Shown here in pieces: positions 1-9,195 of a stretch of DNA of 64,000 nt. Every line of letters starts with the position of its first letter. Position 1 is the stretch's first letter. The DNA is from Bacteroidales bacterium (GTDB taxonomy: Bacteria; Bacteroidota; Bacteroidia; Bacteroidales; WCHB1-69), in NCBI GenBank assembly GCA_017649855.1, contig JAGCGA010000007.1, positions 65,339 through 129,338 of the forward strand. The letters are read 5' to 3'. The position numbers were made by a program, and so were the translations under genes. A model generated the notes under the pieces. It saw only the letters and a program-made list of their open reading frames with translations, was not told the origin of the DNA and searched no databases.

Positions 1-297
1 CGGTGAAAACGGAATCCAAATAATTCAGGTTGCGGTCCATTCGATGAGAGCGGCGCATCACGCTGAGGTCGGCGCGGAGTGCGAACCAGTCGGTGAAGGC
101 ATAGCGGGCCTGCAATCCGGCATCAAAACCGCCTTTCCCAGAATACGATTCGTCAACACGGCCTCCATTGGAGCGTTGGATGGTGGTGTAGTCCCATCCG
201 CCCTTGACCCCCAAAGACCACTGTGCGCTGACGGGAGCCATCGACAGAAGCCAAAGACCGAGCAAGCATAACATTATTTTTGTCGTGTATATTTTCA
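1..297 (-). CDS. outer-membrane beta-barrel protein (PorT/OmpA-like barrel family), N-terminal fragment; gene continues beyond left edge
   Basis: Own translation of the minus strand from the ATG at 297: MKIYTTKIMLCLLGLWLLSMAPVSAQWSLGVKGGWDYTTIQRSNGG...FALRADLSVMRR. Signal peptide followed by an alternating beta-strand pattern. Absent from the ORF track because no stop lies inside the window. Confidence 0.5.
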
Positions 298-326
298 TAC
301 TAAGGCGCTATAGGTTAACAAAGTGG

Positions 327-334
327 CAAAGATA
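327..334 (-). promoter_or_regulatory. Bacteroidota -7 box TATCTTTG
   Basis: Matches TAnnTTTG on the minus strand, 30 nt upstream of the ATG at 297. Confidence 0.45.
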
Positions 335-414
335 ACAATTTTCATCACTCGTCGATTTCAAATAAAAAATGCGATTTTTTTGACGTTCATCGGGTAGAGA
401 CTCAAAAAAATGTG

Positions 415-422
415 TACTTTTG
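415..422 (+). promoter_or_regulatory. -7 box TACTTTTG
   Basis: TAnnTTTG 69 nt upstream of the CoA-transferase ATG at 491. Confidence 0.4.
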
Positions 423-490
423 CCCCAATTAAAAACATGGACGAAGCATGTTGGAACATCAATTATAATCATCATCATAAATCTTTCACA

Positions 491-1135
491 ATGAGCAAAA
501 TTATCACAGTTGATGAAGCAGTTTCGCACATTCATGATGGCATGACTATCATGTTTGGCGGTTTTTTAGGAAATGGTTCAGCCGTCAAGATCATTGAAGG
601 TATCGCTAAGAAGGGAGTTAAAGACCTTATCCTGATTGGCAACGACACGGCATATCCGAACCAGGCTATTGGCATGTTGATTGCCAACAAGCAGGTCAAG
701 AAACTCATCGCTTCCCACATTGGCACCAATGCCGACACGATACAGCAGTTCAACGACAAGGAGTTGGAGATCGAGTTTGTTCCGCAAGGCACCTTGGCAG
801 AGCGCATCCGCTGTGGCGGTGCAGGCCTGGGCGGCGTGCTCACCCAGACTGGCTTGGGCACTATCGTGGCTGACGGCAAGCGTATCATCGAGATTGACGG
901 CAAAGAGTACCTCCTGGAGATGCCGCTGCATGCTGACGTGGCCCTCATCGGTGCCAGCATCTGCGACGAGATGGGCAACTGCATCTACAAAGGCACCTCC
1001 CAAAACTTCAACCCGACGATGGCTACTGCCGCCGATCTGGTCATTGTGGAGACCAAGGAACTTGTCCCGACGGGATCCATCCCCATGGAGCAGATCCACA
1101 CGCCGGGTGTTTACGTGGACTATATCGTAAAATAA
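491..1135 (+). CDS. 3-oxoacid/acetate CoA-transferase, subunit A
   Basis: ORF 410..1135, with start moved to MSKIITVDEAV (ATG 491). MFGGFLGNG and GTLAERIRCGGAGLGG are typical of the family I CoA-transferase alpha subunit. About 215 aa. Confidence 0.8.
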   Translation: MSKIITVDEAVSHIHDGMTIMFGGFLGNGSAVKIIEGIAKKGVKDLILIGNDTAYPNQAIGMLIANKQVKKLIASHIGTNADTIQQFNDKELEIEFVPQGTLAERIRCGGAGLGGVLTQTGLGTIVADGKRIIEIDGKEYLLEMPLHADVALIGASICDEMGNCIYKGTSQNFNPTMATAADLVIVETKELVPTGSIPMEQIHTPGVYVDYIVK

Positions 1136-2583
1136 TGTACCCTAACGACGGTCAGGCCGCCCCGCGCAGCCTGACCCTCTTTTTTGCGCTTTCCCTTGGC
1201 CTGCTGTGCTTCCTGTGCCTCCTTCCGGCACCGACCCAAGCACAACGCGGAAAGCCTTTGATGTTGGAGTTCCCCACAAACCTCTATGGCGACAACATCC
1301 AGCATCTTGCCTGCGACACCGACGGGCTATGCGTCTTCTACTCCAAAGATCAAGAAGACAGCAGTTTTTTCCATCTGCTTTACTATGACCGCAACTTCCA
1401 ATTGCAGCATCACCTCCAGTATGCTCTTTCCTCCGAACTCAACTTGGAAGCTGCCGCCTACGGCGACAAGACCATTTATTTCCTTTTTCAGAACAAGATC
1501 AAGAAAAAGAGGAGCGACCAGGGCCTCCTCGTCCGATTTGACTGCGCTAAGCGCCAAACTGACAGCGTATCTGTCAACGGGCTCCCTTCTGACGGCGTCC
1601 ATCGCATGAAGGCATCCCGGTCCCTGATACTTTTCAGTTCCATCTCCAATGGCAAACGTAGCAACCTCTACTACCTCCATGCCGGATCCACGCTGGCCAT
1701 AGGGCTAAGCATACCCGATGCCATCAGCTATGAGATTGAGGATTTTGGCTTGGACACCACCCGACATCATGTGCTGGCCGCGTTAAAGTCGACTCCGAAC
1801 AACAGCACTCTGATATGGCTTTGCGAGACAGACTACGACCGCAACATCCAGCACGTCACCGAGCTACCCGACACCTTGCAGTTCCGGTGCGAGAGCATAC
1901 GCCTGGCCCTGACAGACAGTGGGCGTTGGTTTTTGGCCGGCACCTACGAGAACCTCACCAACCATGTCGTGGAAGGCGTTTACACCCTACCCTATCACGA
2001 CGGCACCTTTGACTCCTTGCGACAGCACCAGTATTCGGCCGCCAGCATCATCACCAACAACAACTCCCCTTTCCTGCATACGGGTGGGAAGATCATCCCC
2101 CATGGTGACCGGCTGGCGTTCATCACGGAAACCGTCTCCCCGGAATACCGCGACCGACCCGTATATTATTATGGTGTCATGACCTATGAGTACTCGTTCA
2201 CCGGATACCGCTATGCCAGCTCCGACGTCTTTGTGTTTGACACAACCGGCCAGGAGGAGTGGTACTACAACTTCCATTACGAAGACATCCTTTCCCAGCA
2301 GGTGGGCTCATACCTCAACCTCTCCTTCATCGGAGATCACTATTTGCTGTACTACACCCGCGGTAACGAGCTGGTGACGATGCTCACCAATGCGCAAGAC
2401 GAGATCATCGACTCCAAACGCTCCAGCAGTCTTTTCCCAAACAGTAGCACCTCCTACAGCTATGACGGCACCATCCTCAAACCATGGTATGGGGATTATT
2501 TCCTGTTATCGGGGCAGAAATACAATGCCAAGAGCAGTCGCAGCAACGCGACCTATTTCATCCATAAATTGTGGTATCATTAA
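1135..2583 (+). CDS. hypothetical secreted protein (482 aa)
   Basis: Signal-like segment LTLFFALSLGLLCFLCLLPAPTQAQ. ATG overlaps the upstream stop (TAATG 1133-1137). Aromatic-rich, probably beta-rich. No family recognised. Confidence 0.6.
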   Translation: MYPNDGQAAPRSLTLFFALSLGLLCFLCLLPAPTQAQRGKPLMLEFPTNLYGDNIQHLACDTDGLCVFYSKDQEDSSFFHLLYYDRNFQLQHHLQYALSSELNLEAAAYGDKTIYFLFQNKIKKKRSDQGLLVRFDCAKRQTDSVSVNGLPSDGVHRMKASRSLILFSSISNGKRSNLYYLHAGSTLAIGLSIPDAISYEIEDFGLDTTRHHVLAALKSTPNNSTLIWLCETDYDRNIQHVTELPDTLQFRCESIRLALTDSGRWFLAGTYENLTNHVVEGVYTLPYHDGTFDSLRQHQYSAASIITNNNSPFLHTGGKIIPHGDRLAFITETVSPEYRDRPVYYYGVMTYEYSFTGYRYASSDVFVFDTTGQEEWYYNFHYEDILSQQVGSYLNLSFIGDHYLLYYTRGNELVTMLTNAQDEIIDSKRSSSLFPNSSTSYSYDGTILKPWYGDYFLLSGQKYNAKSSRSNATYFIHKLWYH

Positions 2584-2591
2584 GGGAAGAC

Positions 2592-3719
2592 CTATAGGAC
2601 CGTCTCGATGGTCTTCCACAACTTGTCGGCTGTCTGTTCCCAGCTAAAGAGCTCACGACGGGCCCTTCCCTTCTCGATCAGGCTTTGGCGATACTCGTCT
2701 TCATTCCAGAGGCGGGCCATGGCGGCGGTGATTTCATCCACGGAGGCAGGATCCACAATGGCCGCGGCGTCGCCGGCAACCTCCGGCATAGAGGTCACAT
2801 TGGAGGTGATGACGGCCGTCTCGGCGCGGAAGGCCTCCACGATGGGAATCCCGAAGCCCTCAAACAGGGAGGCGTACACCAGGGCACGGGCAGAGGCATA
2901 GAGCCTGGCTAACGTGTCACGCTGCTGCCGTCCCATCATGATCACCTCATCCCGGTACTGCATCGCCAGGTAGGTGTCTTCGATTTCTCCCTGCCACCAC
3001 TTCTTGTCGCCGACAACCACCAACTTGGCATTAGAATCCTGGCTTTTCTTAAACGCATCAAAAGCCCTGAAGATATTGGCCAGATTCTTTCGCTTGTGGA
3101 TCAGCCCCACGAAGAGGAAGTAGTCGCAGCCTTGCGTATATTGAGCTTTGACGTGTGCCTGTTCCGACAGCGAGAGTGGACGGAAGACCTCGTTGGCCCC
3201 ATTATACACCACATCGATTTTAGAGAGGGGGATCCCATATTGCTGATGGATATCCTGACGGGTGAACTCAGAGACGGTGGCTATACGGTCGGCACGTTGC
3301 GCAAACTGCGGGAAGAAACGGTCATAATATCTCTTCACCGTCTTTTTCTCAATAAAATCGGGTTGATGGACGAAGTTCAGATCGTGGATCACATCCACCA
3401 TGGGGACAGCCTGGGCGCGGGTGGGCACCCAACCATCGGTAGAGAGGAAGAGGTCGGGACGGATACGACGCAACTGATACGGCACCCCGACCTCGAAGAA
3501 GAGGTACCACAGATAGGGATGACGCGCCTGCGGATATGCCACAATGGGAGTCACATTGGGGGCATACACAAAAGAGTCGTCATACTTCCGGTCAAACAGA
3601 AAATAGAACTGGTGTTCGGGATGCTGACGGACGATGCGGGAAAGGCATTCGTGTGAAAACCAACCGATACCTTCCAGACGATCTTTCAGCAGAAGTCTCG
3701 TATTGACAGCGATCTTCAT
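2592..3719 (-). CDS. glycosyltransferase family 4 (GT-B fold)
   Basis: 375 aa. C-terminal half shows the GT4 pattern FVGLIHKRKN ... ASLFEGFGIPIVEAF. Confidence 0.75.
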   Translation of the reverse strand: MKIAVNTRLLLKDRLEGIGWFSHECLSRIVRQHPEHQFYFLFDRKYDDSFVYAPNVTPIVAYPQARHPYLWYLFFEVGVPYQLRRIRPDLFLSTDGWVPTRAQAVPMVDVIHDLNFVHQPDFIEKKTVKRYYDRFFPQFAQRADRIATVSEFTRQDIHQQYGIPLSKIDVVYNGANEVFRPLSLSEQAHVKAQYTQGCDYFLFVGLIHKRKNLANIFRAFDAFKKSQDSNAKLVVVGDKKWWQGEIEDTYLAMQYRDEVIMMGRQQRDTLARLYASARALVYASLFEGFGIPIVEAFRAETAVITSNVTSMPEVAGDAAAIVDPASVDEITAAMARLWNEDEYRQSLIEKGRARRELFSWEQTADKLWKTIETVL

Positions 3720-3728
3720 ATCCCTAGA

Positions 3729-5519
3729 CTATTGCTTCGGTTGGCTGGGGCGCACATCCTTCACATTCAGTTGCAGGGAGGTGATATTGTTCCACACATT
3801 CTCCTCCACATGATAGAGAATATCAAACTGTCGGTTGTTTTGCAAGAGCGGGAGTTTGTCTTTGCTGTTGAAGGCGATCATGTCAATCGGCTGCACCACC
3901 TTGTCTGGATAGAGGACGCGGGCCTTCAAGTGCTTGTCGCCCACGATTCTGGCGCTTCCCTCGTCCACCAGGTTGTTCGATTGGAACACCGGCTCCATAT
4001 TGCCGGGTCCGAACGGGGCAAAGCGTTTGAGGTTGTTCATGAAATGAGGCGTGATGTCGCTCAAGTCTATCGGGAGATCCACGATGATCTCGGGCAGGGC
4101 GGAAGTCTCCTGGATATTGTCAATCACATACTGCTCAAAACGCTCGGTGAACTCTTCCAGGTTCTCCTCTTTCATGGAGAGTCCGGCGGCAAACTTATGA
4201 CCGCCGAAGTGCTCCAGCAAGTCAGAACAGGAATCGATACCGTCGTAGATATTGAACTCCTTCACGGAACGGGCGGATCCGGTGATCAGGCCGTCGGAAG
4301 ACTTGGTCAGCACGATAGTCGGTTTGTAAAAGACCTCCACCAGACGGGAGGCGACGATACCGATAATGCCTTTGAACCAGGTGGGGTTATAGATGACAAT
4401 ACTCTTGCGGTTGGCATATTCGTGAGAAGTACGGATCGCGTGGATAGCCTCTTCCGTGGCGTTGCGGTCCTGCTCCTTGCGTTTCTCATTCTGGGCATTG
4501 ATGCTCTTCGCGATGTTGGCGGACTTGTTCTCATCCTCATCGATGAAGAGGCGCACCGACTCGCGACCGCTCTTCATACGGCCAGCGGCGTTGATACGGG
4601 GGCCGACATAGAAGACCAGGTCGGAAATGGAGATGACGCGTGAGAAGATGGTTTCCTCCTTGAAGGGATAATGCAGCTTGATGCCGGCTTGATCCAAGAT
4701 GGACTTAATGCCGACACGAGGGAATTTATTGATGATCTCCAGGCCGAAATAGGCGAGGATTCGATTCTCACCGGTGATCGCCACAATGTCGGAGGCGATG
4801 CTGATGGCCACCAGGTCAATTCTGGAGAGCCACAGCTGGTCGGGCAGGTTATATTTCTGGCAGTAGGCCTGGATGAGCTTGAAGCCGACGCCGCAACCGG
4901 AGAGTTCCTTGTAAGGATAGGGACAGTCTTTCCGTTTGGGATCCAGGATGGCCACCGCCTTCGGCAACTCATCGCCCTCCAGGTGGTGGTCGCAGATAAT
5001 GACATCAATGCCATATTCATTGGCCTTCTGCACCTTTTCGTTCGCCTTGATGCCACAATCCAAGGAGATCAGCAAGTTGATATTGTTGTTATGACAGTAT
5101 TCGATGCCCTGGTCGGAGATGCCGTAGCCTTCCGCATAGCGGTCGGGAATATAGTATTCCACCAGGTTCTTGCTGTCAGCACCGATAATCTCGCAGATAA
5201 AAGAGTATAGCAAGGCGACGGCCGAGGTGCCATCCACATCATAGTCGCCATACACCAGGATTCTTTCGTTGTTCATGATGGCCTGGGACAGTCGGTTGAC
5301 TGCCTTGTCCATGTCTTTCATTAAAAACGGATTATGGATTTTGGAGATGTCAGGGTTGAAGAAGTCGTGGGCTTTCTCGGGAGTGTCAACACCCCGTTGA
5401 ATCAAAATAGCAGCGAGCGGTTTTTCAATCGCAATCTGCTCAGCCTCCGAGATTTTCTCGGCTAGGGCTGCCACTTTAGCCTCATCTGGAAGCTCTTTAA
5501 ATATCCACTTTTTCTCCAT
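3729..5519 (-). CDS. recJ: single-stranded-DNA-specific exonuclease RecJ
   Basis: DHH-family motifs LVYGDYDVDGTSA, VIICDHHL, GGHKFAAG. Start set to MEKKWIF (5519) because a TAnnTTTG box at 5544-5551 overlaps the longer ORF start at 5546. Confidence 0.9.
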   Translation of the reverse strand: MEKKWIFKELPDEAKVAALAEKISEAEQIAIEKPLAAILIQRGVDTPEKAHDFFNPDISKIHNPFLMKDMDKAVNRLSQAIMNNERILVYGDYDVDGTSAVALLYSFICEIIGADSKNLVEYYIPDRYAEGYGISDQGIEYCHNNNINLLISLDCGIKANEKVQKANEYGIDVIICDHHLEGDELPKAVAILDPKRKDCPYPYKELSGCGVGFKLIQAYCQKYNLPDQLWLSRIDLVAISIASDIVAITGENRILAYFGLEIINKFPRVGIKSILDQAGIKLHYPFKEETIFSRVISISDLVFYVGPRINAAGRMKSGRESVRLFIDEDENKSANIAKSINAQNEKRKEQDRNATEEAIHAIRTSHEYANRKSIVIYNPTWFKGIIGIVASRLVEVFYKPTIVLTKSSDGLITGSARSVKEFNIYDGIDSCSDLLEHFGGHKFAAGLSMKEENLEEFTERFEQYVIDNIQETSALPEIIVDLPIDLSDITPHFMNNLKRFAPFGPGNMEPVFQSNNLVDEGSARIVGDKHLKARVLYPDKVVQPIDMIAFNSKDKLPLLQNNRQFDILYHVEENVWNNITSLQLNVKDVRPSQPKQ

Positions 5520-5543
5520 AATCCTATTTTTAAAAAAAGCGAG

Positions 5544-5551
5544 CAAACATA
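5544..5551 (-). promoter_or_regulatory. -7 box TATGTTTG
   Basis: 25 nt upstream of the recJ ATG at 5519. Confidence 0.45.
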
Positions 5552-5592
5552 CACAAAAAAAATTACAAATTCAACTTTTCGAAAAATTAAAT

Positions 5593-7041
5593 TTACAGCT
5601 TCATTTTTTTGTCGATGTCGTCGATGCTGGCTCGCATCTTTTTATCTGTATCATACAGATTGGCAATGGTTTTGCAGGCATGGAGAACGGTGGCATGATC
5701 CTTGTTGCCACAGTAGGCGCCGATGGTGGAGAGGGGCAGCTTGGTATATTTCTTGGCGAAATACATGCACAATTGGCGCGCGAGGACGATCTCGCTCTTT
5801 CGCGTTTTGGCGTTGATGGTCTCCACGGAGATATTGTAATAGTCGCCAATGATCTTCTGGATATACTCGATGGAGATCTCCTTGGCGCTGGACTTGACAT
5901 ACTTGTCCACCATCTCCTTGGCGAGGTCCATGGTGATCTCCCGGTGGTTGAGGGAGGCCTGCGCAAGGATGGCGATGATGGCGCCTTCCAGCTCGCGGGT
6001 GTTGGACGTGATGCGATAAGCCAGGTAATCCACAATCTCGTCAGGGAACTCGATGCCGTCGTTTTCCAGCTTCTTGCGGATGATGGCATGGCGGGTCTCC
6101 AGATCCGGAATCTGCAGATCAATCGTCAGGCCCCACTTGAAACGGCTGAGCAGACGCGGTTCAAAACCGGAGATATCCACGGGGGACTTGTCGGAGGTGA
6201 TGACAATCTGCTTGTTGTCACGATGCAGGGCATTGAAAATCTGGAAGAAGGTGTCTTGCGTCTTGACCTTTCCACCGCTCATGAACTGGATGTCATCCAT
6301 GATCAGCATATCGAGGGACTGGTAGAAATAGATGAAATCCTGGATATTGTTGTTTTTCATCGCCTGGACATACTGCTGGCAGAAGGTGTCGGCGGTTACA
6401 TACACGACGATCTTTTCCGGAAAGTTGATCTTGGTCTGGATACCGATGGCATTGGCGAGATGGGTTTTGCCCAGTCCCACGTCAGAATAGACGAAGAGCG
6501 GGTTGAAGGAGGTGGTGCCGGGTTCCTTGGAGATGGCCCAGCCAGCTGCGCGGGCCATACGATTGCAGTCGCCCTCCACATAGTTGTCGAACGTCATAGA
6601 GTCGATCAGGTTGGACGGGATCTTACGGCGTTGAATACCCGGGAGCACGAAGGGATCGGGAATCTCGTGGTTCGGCTTGTTAAAGACATCCACCGGAGGA
6701 AGCGTGGAAGGGTTGGTGACGGCCGGGCGGTAGAGCGAAGGCTCCGTCATGAACTTCGACATCTTCGGATCCGGGTTAACCTCTACCGGATAACGGTATT
6801 TGAGCTTGCCCATCGGCCCTAACTGTTTATGGATGACCGTCTTGAGGACATCCACATAGTGCTGTTCCAAAAATTCATTATGGAAAGCACTGGGGGTGAC
6901 GAGCGTCAAAACATTATTCTCCAACGAATAGGGAATCAACGGGGCAAACCAGCTATCAAAGGCCTGGACCCCGACAATTCCGGGGATCATCTTCAGGCAT
7001 TCCGACCACACTTTTCCAGCTTCTACACTTGTATTATTCAT
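5593..7041 (-). CDS. dnaA: chromosomal replication initiator DnaA
   Basis: Walker A SDVGLGKTHL, Walker B LIMDDIQF, C-terminal DNA-binding signature GNKDHATVLHACKTI. Confidence 0.95.
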   Translation of the reverse strand: MNNTSVEAGKVWSECLKMIPGIVGVQAFDSWFAPLIPYSLENNVLTLVTPSAFHNEFLEQHYVDVLKTVIHKQLGPMGKLKYRYPVEVNPDPKMSKFMTEPSLYRPAVTNPSTLPPVDVFNKPNHEIPDPFVLPGIQRRKIPSNLIDSMTFDNYVEGDCNRMARAAGWAISKEPGTTSFNPLFVYSDVGLGKTHLANAIGIQTKINFPEKIVVYVTADTFCQQYVQAMKNNNIQDFIYFYQSLDMLIMDDIQFMSGGKVKTQDTFFQIFNALHRDNKQIVITSDKSPVDISGFEPRLLSRFKWGLTIDLQIPDLETRHAIIRKKLENDGIEFPDEIVDYLAYRITSNTRELEGAIIAILAQASLNHREITMDLAKEMVDKYVKSSAKEISIEYIQKIIGDYYNISVETINAKTRKSEIVLARQLCMYFAKKYTKLPLSTIGAYCGNKDHATVLHACKTIANLYDTDKKMRASIDDIDKKMKL

Positions 7042-7107
7042 CTCGATATGCTAAAAAACTAAAATATAACGAATTAAAAAAGACCTTCCGCAGAAGAATC
7101 TACGCCG

Positions 7108-7115
7108 CAAAAATA
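7108..7115 (-). promoter_or_regulatory. -7 box TATTTTTG
   Basis: 67 nt upstream of the dnaA ATG at 7041, in an AT-rich spacer. Confidence 0.35.
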
Positions 7116-7218
7116 AACAGAAAAAAGTTAATAAAAAAAATAAAATGCTATTGGATTTCTAGAAAATTATGCTATAACTTCTCTTCCAGAATAGCTTCCA
7201 AAACAAACATAACAATCT

Positions 7219-7947
7219 CTACGAAAGTACATTAGCATACTCTTCATACTTGCCTACATCACACCAAAAATCGCTATTATGCTCATAACCAATTATTTCA
7301 AAATCAGAGACAGATTGTAGATAAAAATCGGTGATTGAGGACTTCTCAACGGTAGGAATAGATTCGAGCATTTCGCGGCGGATGACGTGGATTCCGCTGA
7401 AGGCCATTTCGGCAGTCGGGCCCGTGACGGGGAGACCTTTTCGTTCGTCGGTAGAGACATTATGCCATCCTTGCAGCCGCATAGTCGAGGGATCGAAAAC
7501 GAAATAGCGGGAGGTCTTCCGGTTCCGCACCGCCAGGGTGGCGTCGGCGCAGGAGCTCACATGTGCCTCGAGCAGCGCCTCCAAGGATATGTCGGATACG
7601 ATGTCCACATTATGGATCAGCACGTGCCGGCAGTCTTGCAGCCACGGAGAGGCGAACTTCAGGCCGCCGGCCGTGTCGCGGAGATAAGCCCGCTCGTCGG
7701 AAATCACGATGTCGGCGTCGAAGCGTCGGGCCTTCAGAAAGTCGACGATCTGGTCTGCGAAGTGGTGTACATTGACCACGATCCGCCGTACGCCGGCGGC
7801 GGTCATCCTCGTGACAACCCGCTCCAGCAAAGGGACGTCCTCATACTTGACCAACGCCTTCGGGCGATTGGCCGTCAACGGATAGAGGCGAGTCCCGAGG
7901 CCCGCTGCAAAGATAAATCCGATTAACTCTGGATTGTTAGCAATCAT
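7219..7947 (-). CDS. nucleotidyltransferase family protein (NDP-sugar pyrophosphorylase-like)
   Basis: N-terminal loop FAAGLGTRLYPLTANRPKAL. Start set to MIANNPE (residue 19 of ORF 7219..8001). Confidence 0.7.
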   Translation of the reverse strand: MIANNPELIGFIFAAGLGTRLYPLTANRPKALVKYEDVPLLERVVTRMTAAGVRRIVVNVHHFADQIVDFLKARRFDADIVISDERAYLRDTAGGLKFASPWLQDCRHVLIHNVDIVSDISLEALLEAHVSSCADATLAVRNRKTSRYFVFDPSTMRLQGWHNVSTDERKGLPVTGPTAEMAFSGIHVIRREMLESIPTVEKSSITDFYLQSVSDFEIIGYEHNSDFWCDVGKYEEYANVLS

Positions 7948-7951
7948 CGTG

Positions 7952-7959
7952 CAAAAATA
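7952..7959 (-). promoter_or_regulatory. -7 box TATTTTTG
   Basis: Only 5 nt upstream of the ATG at 7947, which implies a leaderless transcript. Confidence 0.4.
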
Positions 7960-7981
7960 GAAAAAAATCCTTTTATTTTTA

Positions 7982-7989
7982 TATCTTTG
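7982..7989 (+). promoter_or_regulatory. -7 box TATCTTTG
   Basis: 18 nt upstream of the ATG at 8007. Confidence 0.45.
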
Positions 7990-8006
7990 CGGCATAATCA
8001 TTACCT

Positions 8007-8432
8007 ATGACCCCTATGAAGAAACTATTCTGTATCATGGTATTATGTTGCGCCACCCTGTTTATGGCCTGCAGCAACAAGAATGTCACGAACCAATATT
8101 CCATCGGTTGTCTGGCCTACAGAAACAATATGCACTATAGTGACTGGACCGGATTTGAATCCTACATATCTTCTCAAGTTGTTTACAACGAGATCATTTC
8201 CTTCACCAGCGAGACCAAGGAAGAGAATGATGCCAAAGCCGTGGCATACTTCAACGAGCAAGCAGAAAAGCTAGACACCGACTCGCTCTGCACCTTCATT
8301 GCGCCGGGCGACTACATCGTATATGGTGTGGGGTACTCCATCGACGAGCACAGCTTCTACATCCTCAAGGGACTTATCTTCAAGAATGATGGGGTCGAGG
8401 ACTATGACGAGCAGTTCACCCTCGCAAAATAG
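8007..8432 (+). CDS. hypothetical lipoprotein
   Basis: Lipobox-like LFMAC-S after a hydrophobic N-terminus. Alternative start MKK at 8016. No family recognised. Confidence 0.55.
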   Translation: MTPMKKLFCIMVLCCATLFMACSNKNVTNQYSIGCLAYRNNMHYSDWTGFESYISSQVVYNEIISFTSETKEENDAKAVAYFNEQAEKLDTDSLCTFIAPGDYIVYGVGYSIDEHSFYILKGLIFKNDGVEDYDEQFTLAK

Positions 8433-8436
8433 ACCT

Positions 8437-9084
8437 TCAGAACGAAACCCTGTCCTTCAACATCGGGACAAAGAGAAAATCCCCAAAAGTCTCTTTTTCA
8501 TACATGTTTTCATCGGTTTTCGTCAAGCGAACCATCGTCTGGGAGGGTTCGCCTACGGGGATGACCATGATTCCACCCACCGACAACTGTTTCAGCAGTT
8601 TCTGAGGCACCTCGGGGGCGCCGCAGGTGACGATGATACGGTCATAGGGGGCAAAACGTTCGATGCCATGGAAACCGTCACCGAAGGTGGTATAGATGCT
8701 CTTGTCCATGGACTCCAACAGCTTGGAGGTTTTCTGATAGAGCATCATCTGCCGTTCGATGGTGAAGACCTTGGCCCCCATCGCACTCAGGATGGCAGCC
8801 TGAAAGCCGGAGCCGGTGCCTATCTCCAGCACTTTCAGCCCTTTCTTTATCTGCAGCAGTTGCGACTGGAAAGCAACGGTGTAGGGATGCGAAATAGTTT
8901 GTCCAGCAGGCAGTTGCAGGGCAGTCTCCTCGTAAGCCTTATTCCAAAGGAAAGACTCCACGAAGAGATGTCGTTCCACCTTGTCAAAAGCGTTCAAAAC
9001 ATTCTCGTCGCTGATTCCCTTTTGGCGGAGGGACTCGATCATGCGATGTTTAGCCCCCAGCAGCAGATAATTTGAAGTCGGCAT
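8437..9084 (-). CDS. pcm: protein-L-isoaspartate O-methyltransferase
   Basis: SAM motif VLEIGTGSGFQAA and TISHPYTVA. Start set to MPTSNY (9084) because the longer ORF would run through the glyA terminator hairpin. Confidence 0.85.
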   Translation of the reverse strand: MPTSNYLLLGAKHRMIESLRQKGISDENVLNAFDKVERHLFVESFLWNKAYEETALQLPAGQTISHPYTVAFQSQLLQIKKGLKVLEIGTGSGFQAAILSAMGAKVFTIERQMMLYQKTSKLLESMDKSIYTTFGDGFHGIERFAPYDRIIVTCGAPEVPQKLLKQLSVGGIMVIPVGEPSQTMVRLTKTDENMYEKETFGDFLFVPMLKDRVSF

Positions 9085-9131
9085 AAGATTTATTTTATGA
9101 TATATATAATATATGGTATAGAATACAAAGA

Positions 9132-9175
9132 ACAGGCGGCATGCGTTCATAAGGGATGAATCGTCTGCCGCCTGT
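9132..9175 (-). terminator. hairpin downstream of glyA
   Basis: 10-bp stem ACAGGCGGCA / TGCCGCCTGT with a 24-nt loop, followed on the minus strand by TCTTTGTATTC. The long loop lowers confidence. Confidence 0.4.
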
Positions 9176-9195
9176 CGTTTACAGATAACGTGTGA

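Noticed and set aside
5520-5546. Longer recJ start (MLAFFKNRIM...)
   Set aside because: A TAnnTTTG box at 5544-5551 overlaps this start. The conserved RecJ N-terminus begins at MEKKWIF.
7029-7235. 68-aa Lys-rich ORF in the dnaA upstream spacer
   Set aside because: It is the translation of an A-rich intergenic tract. It overlaps the dnaA start and the next gene's end, and has no plausible promoter or family.
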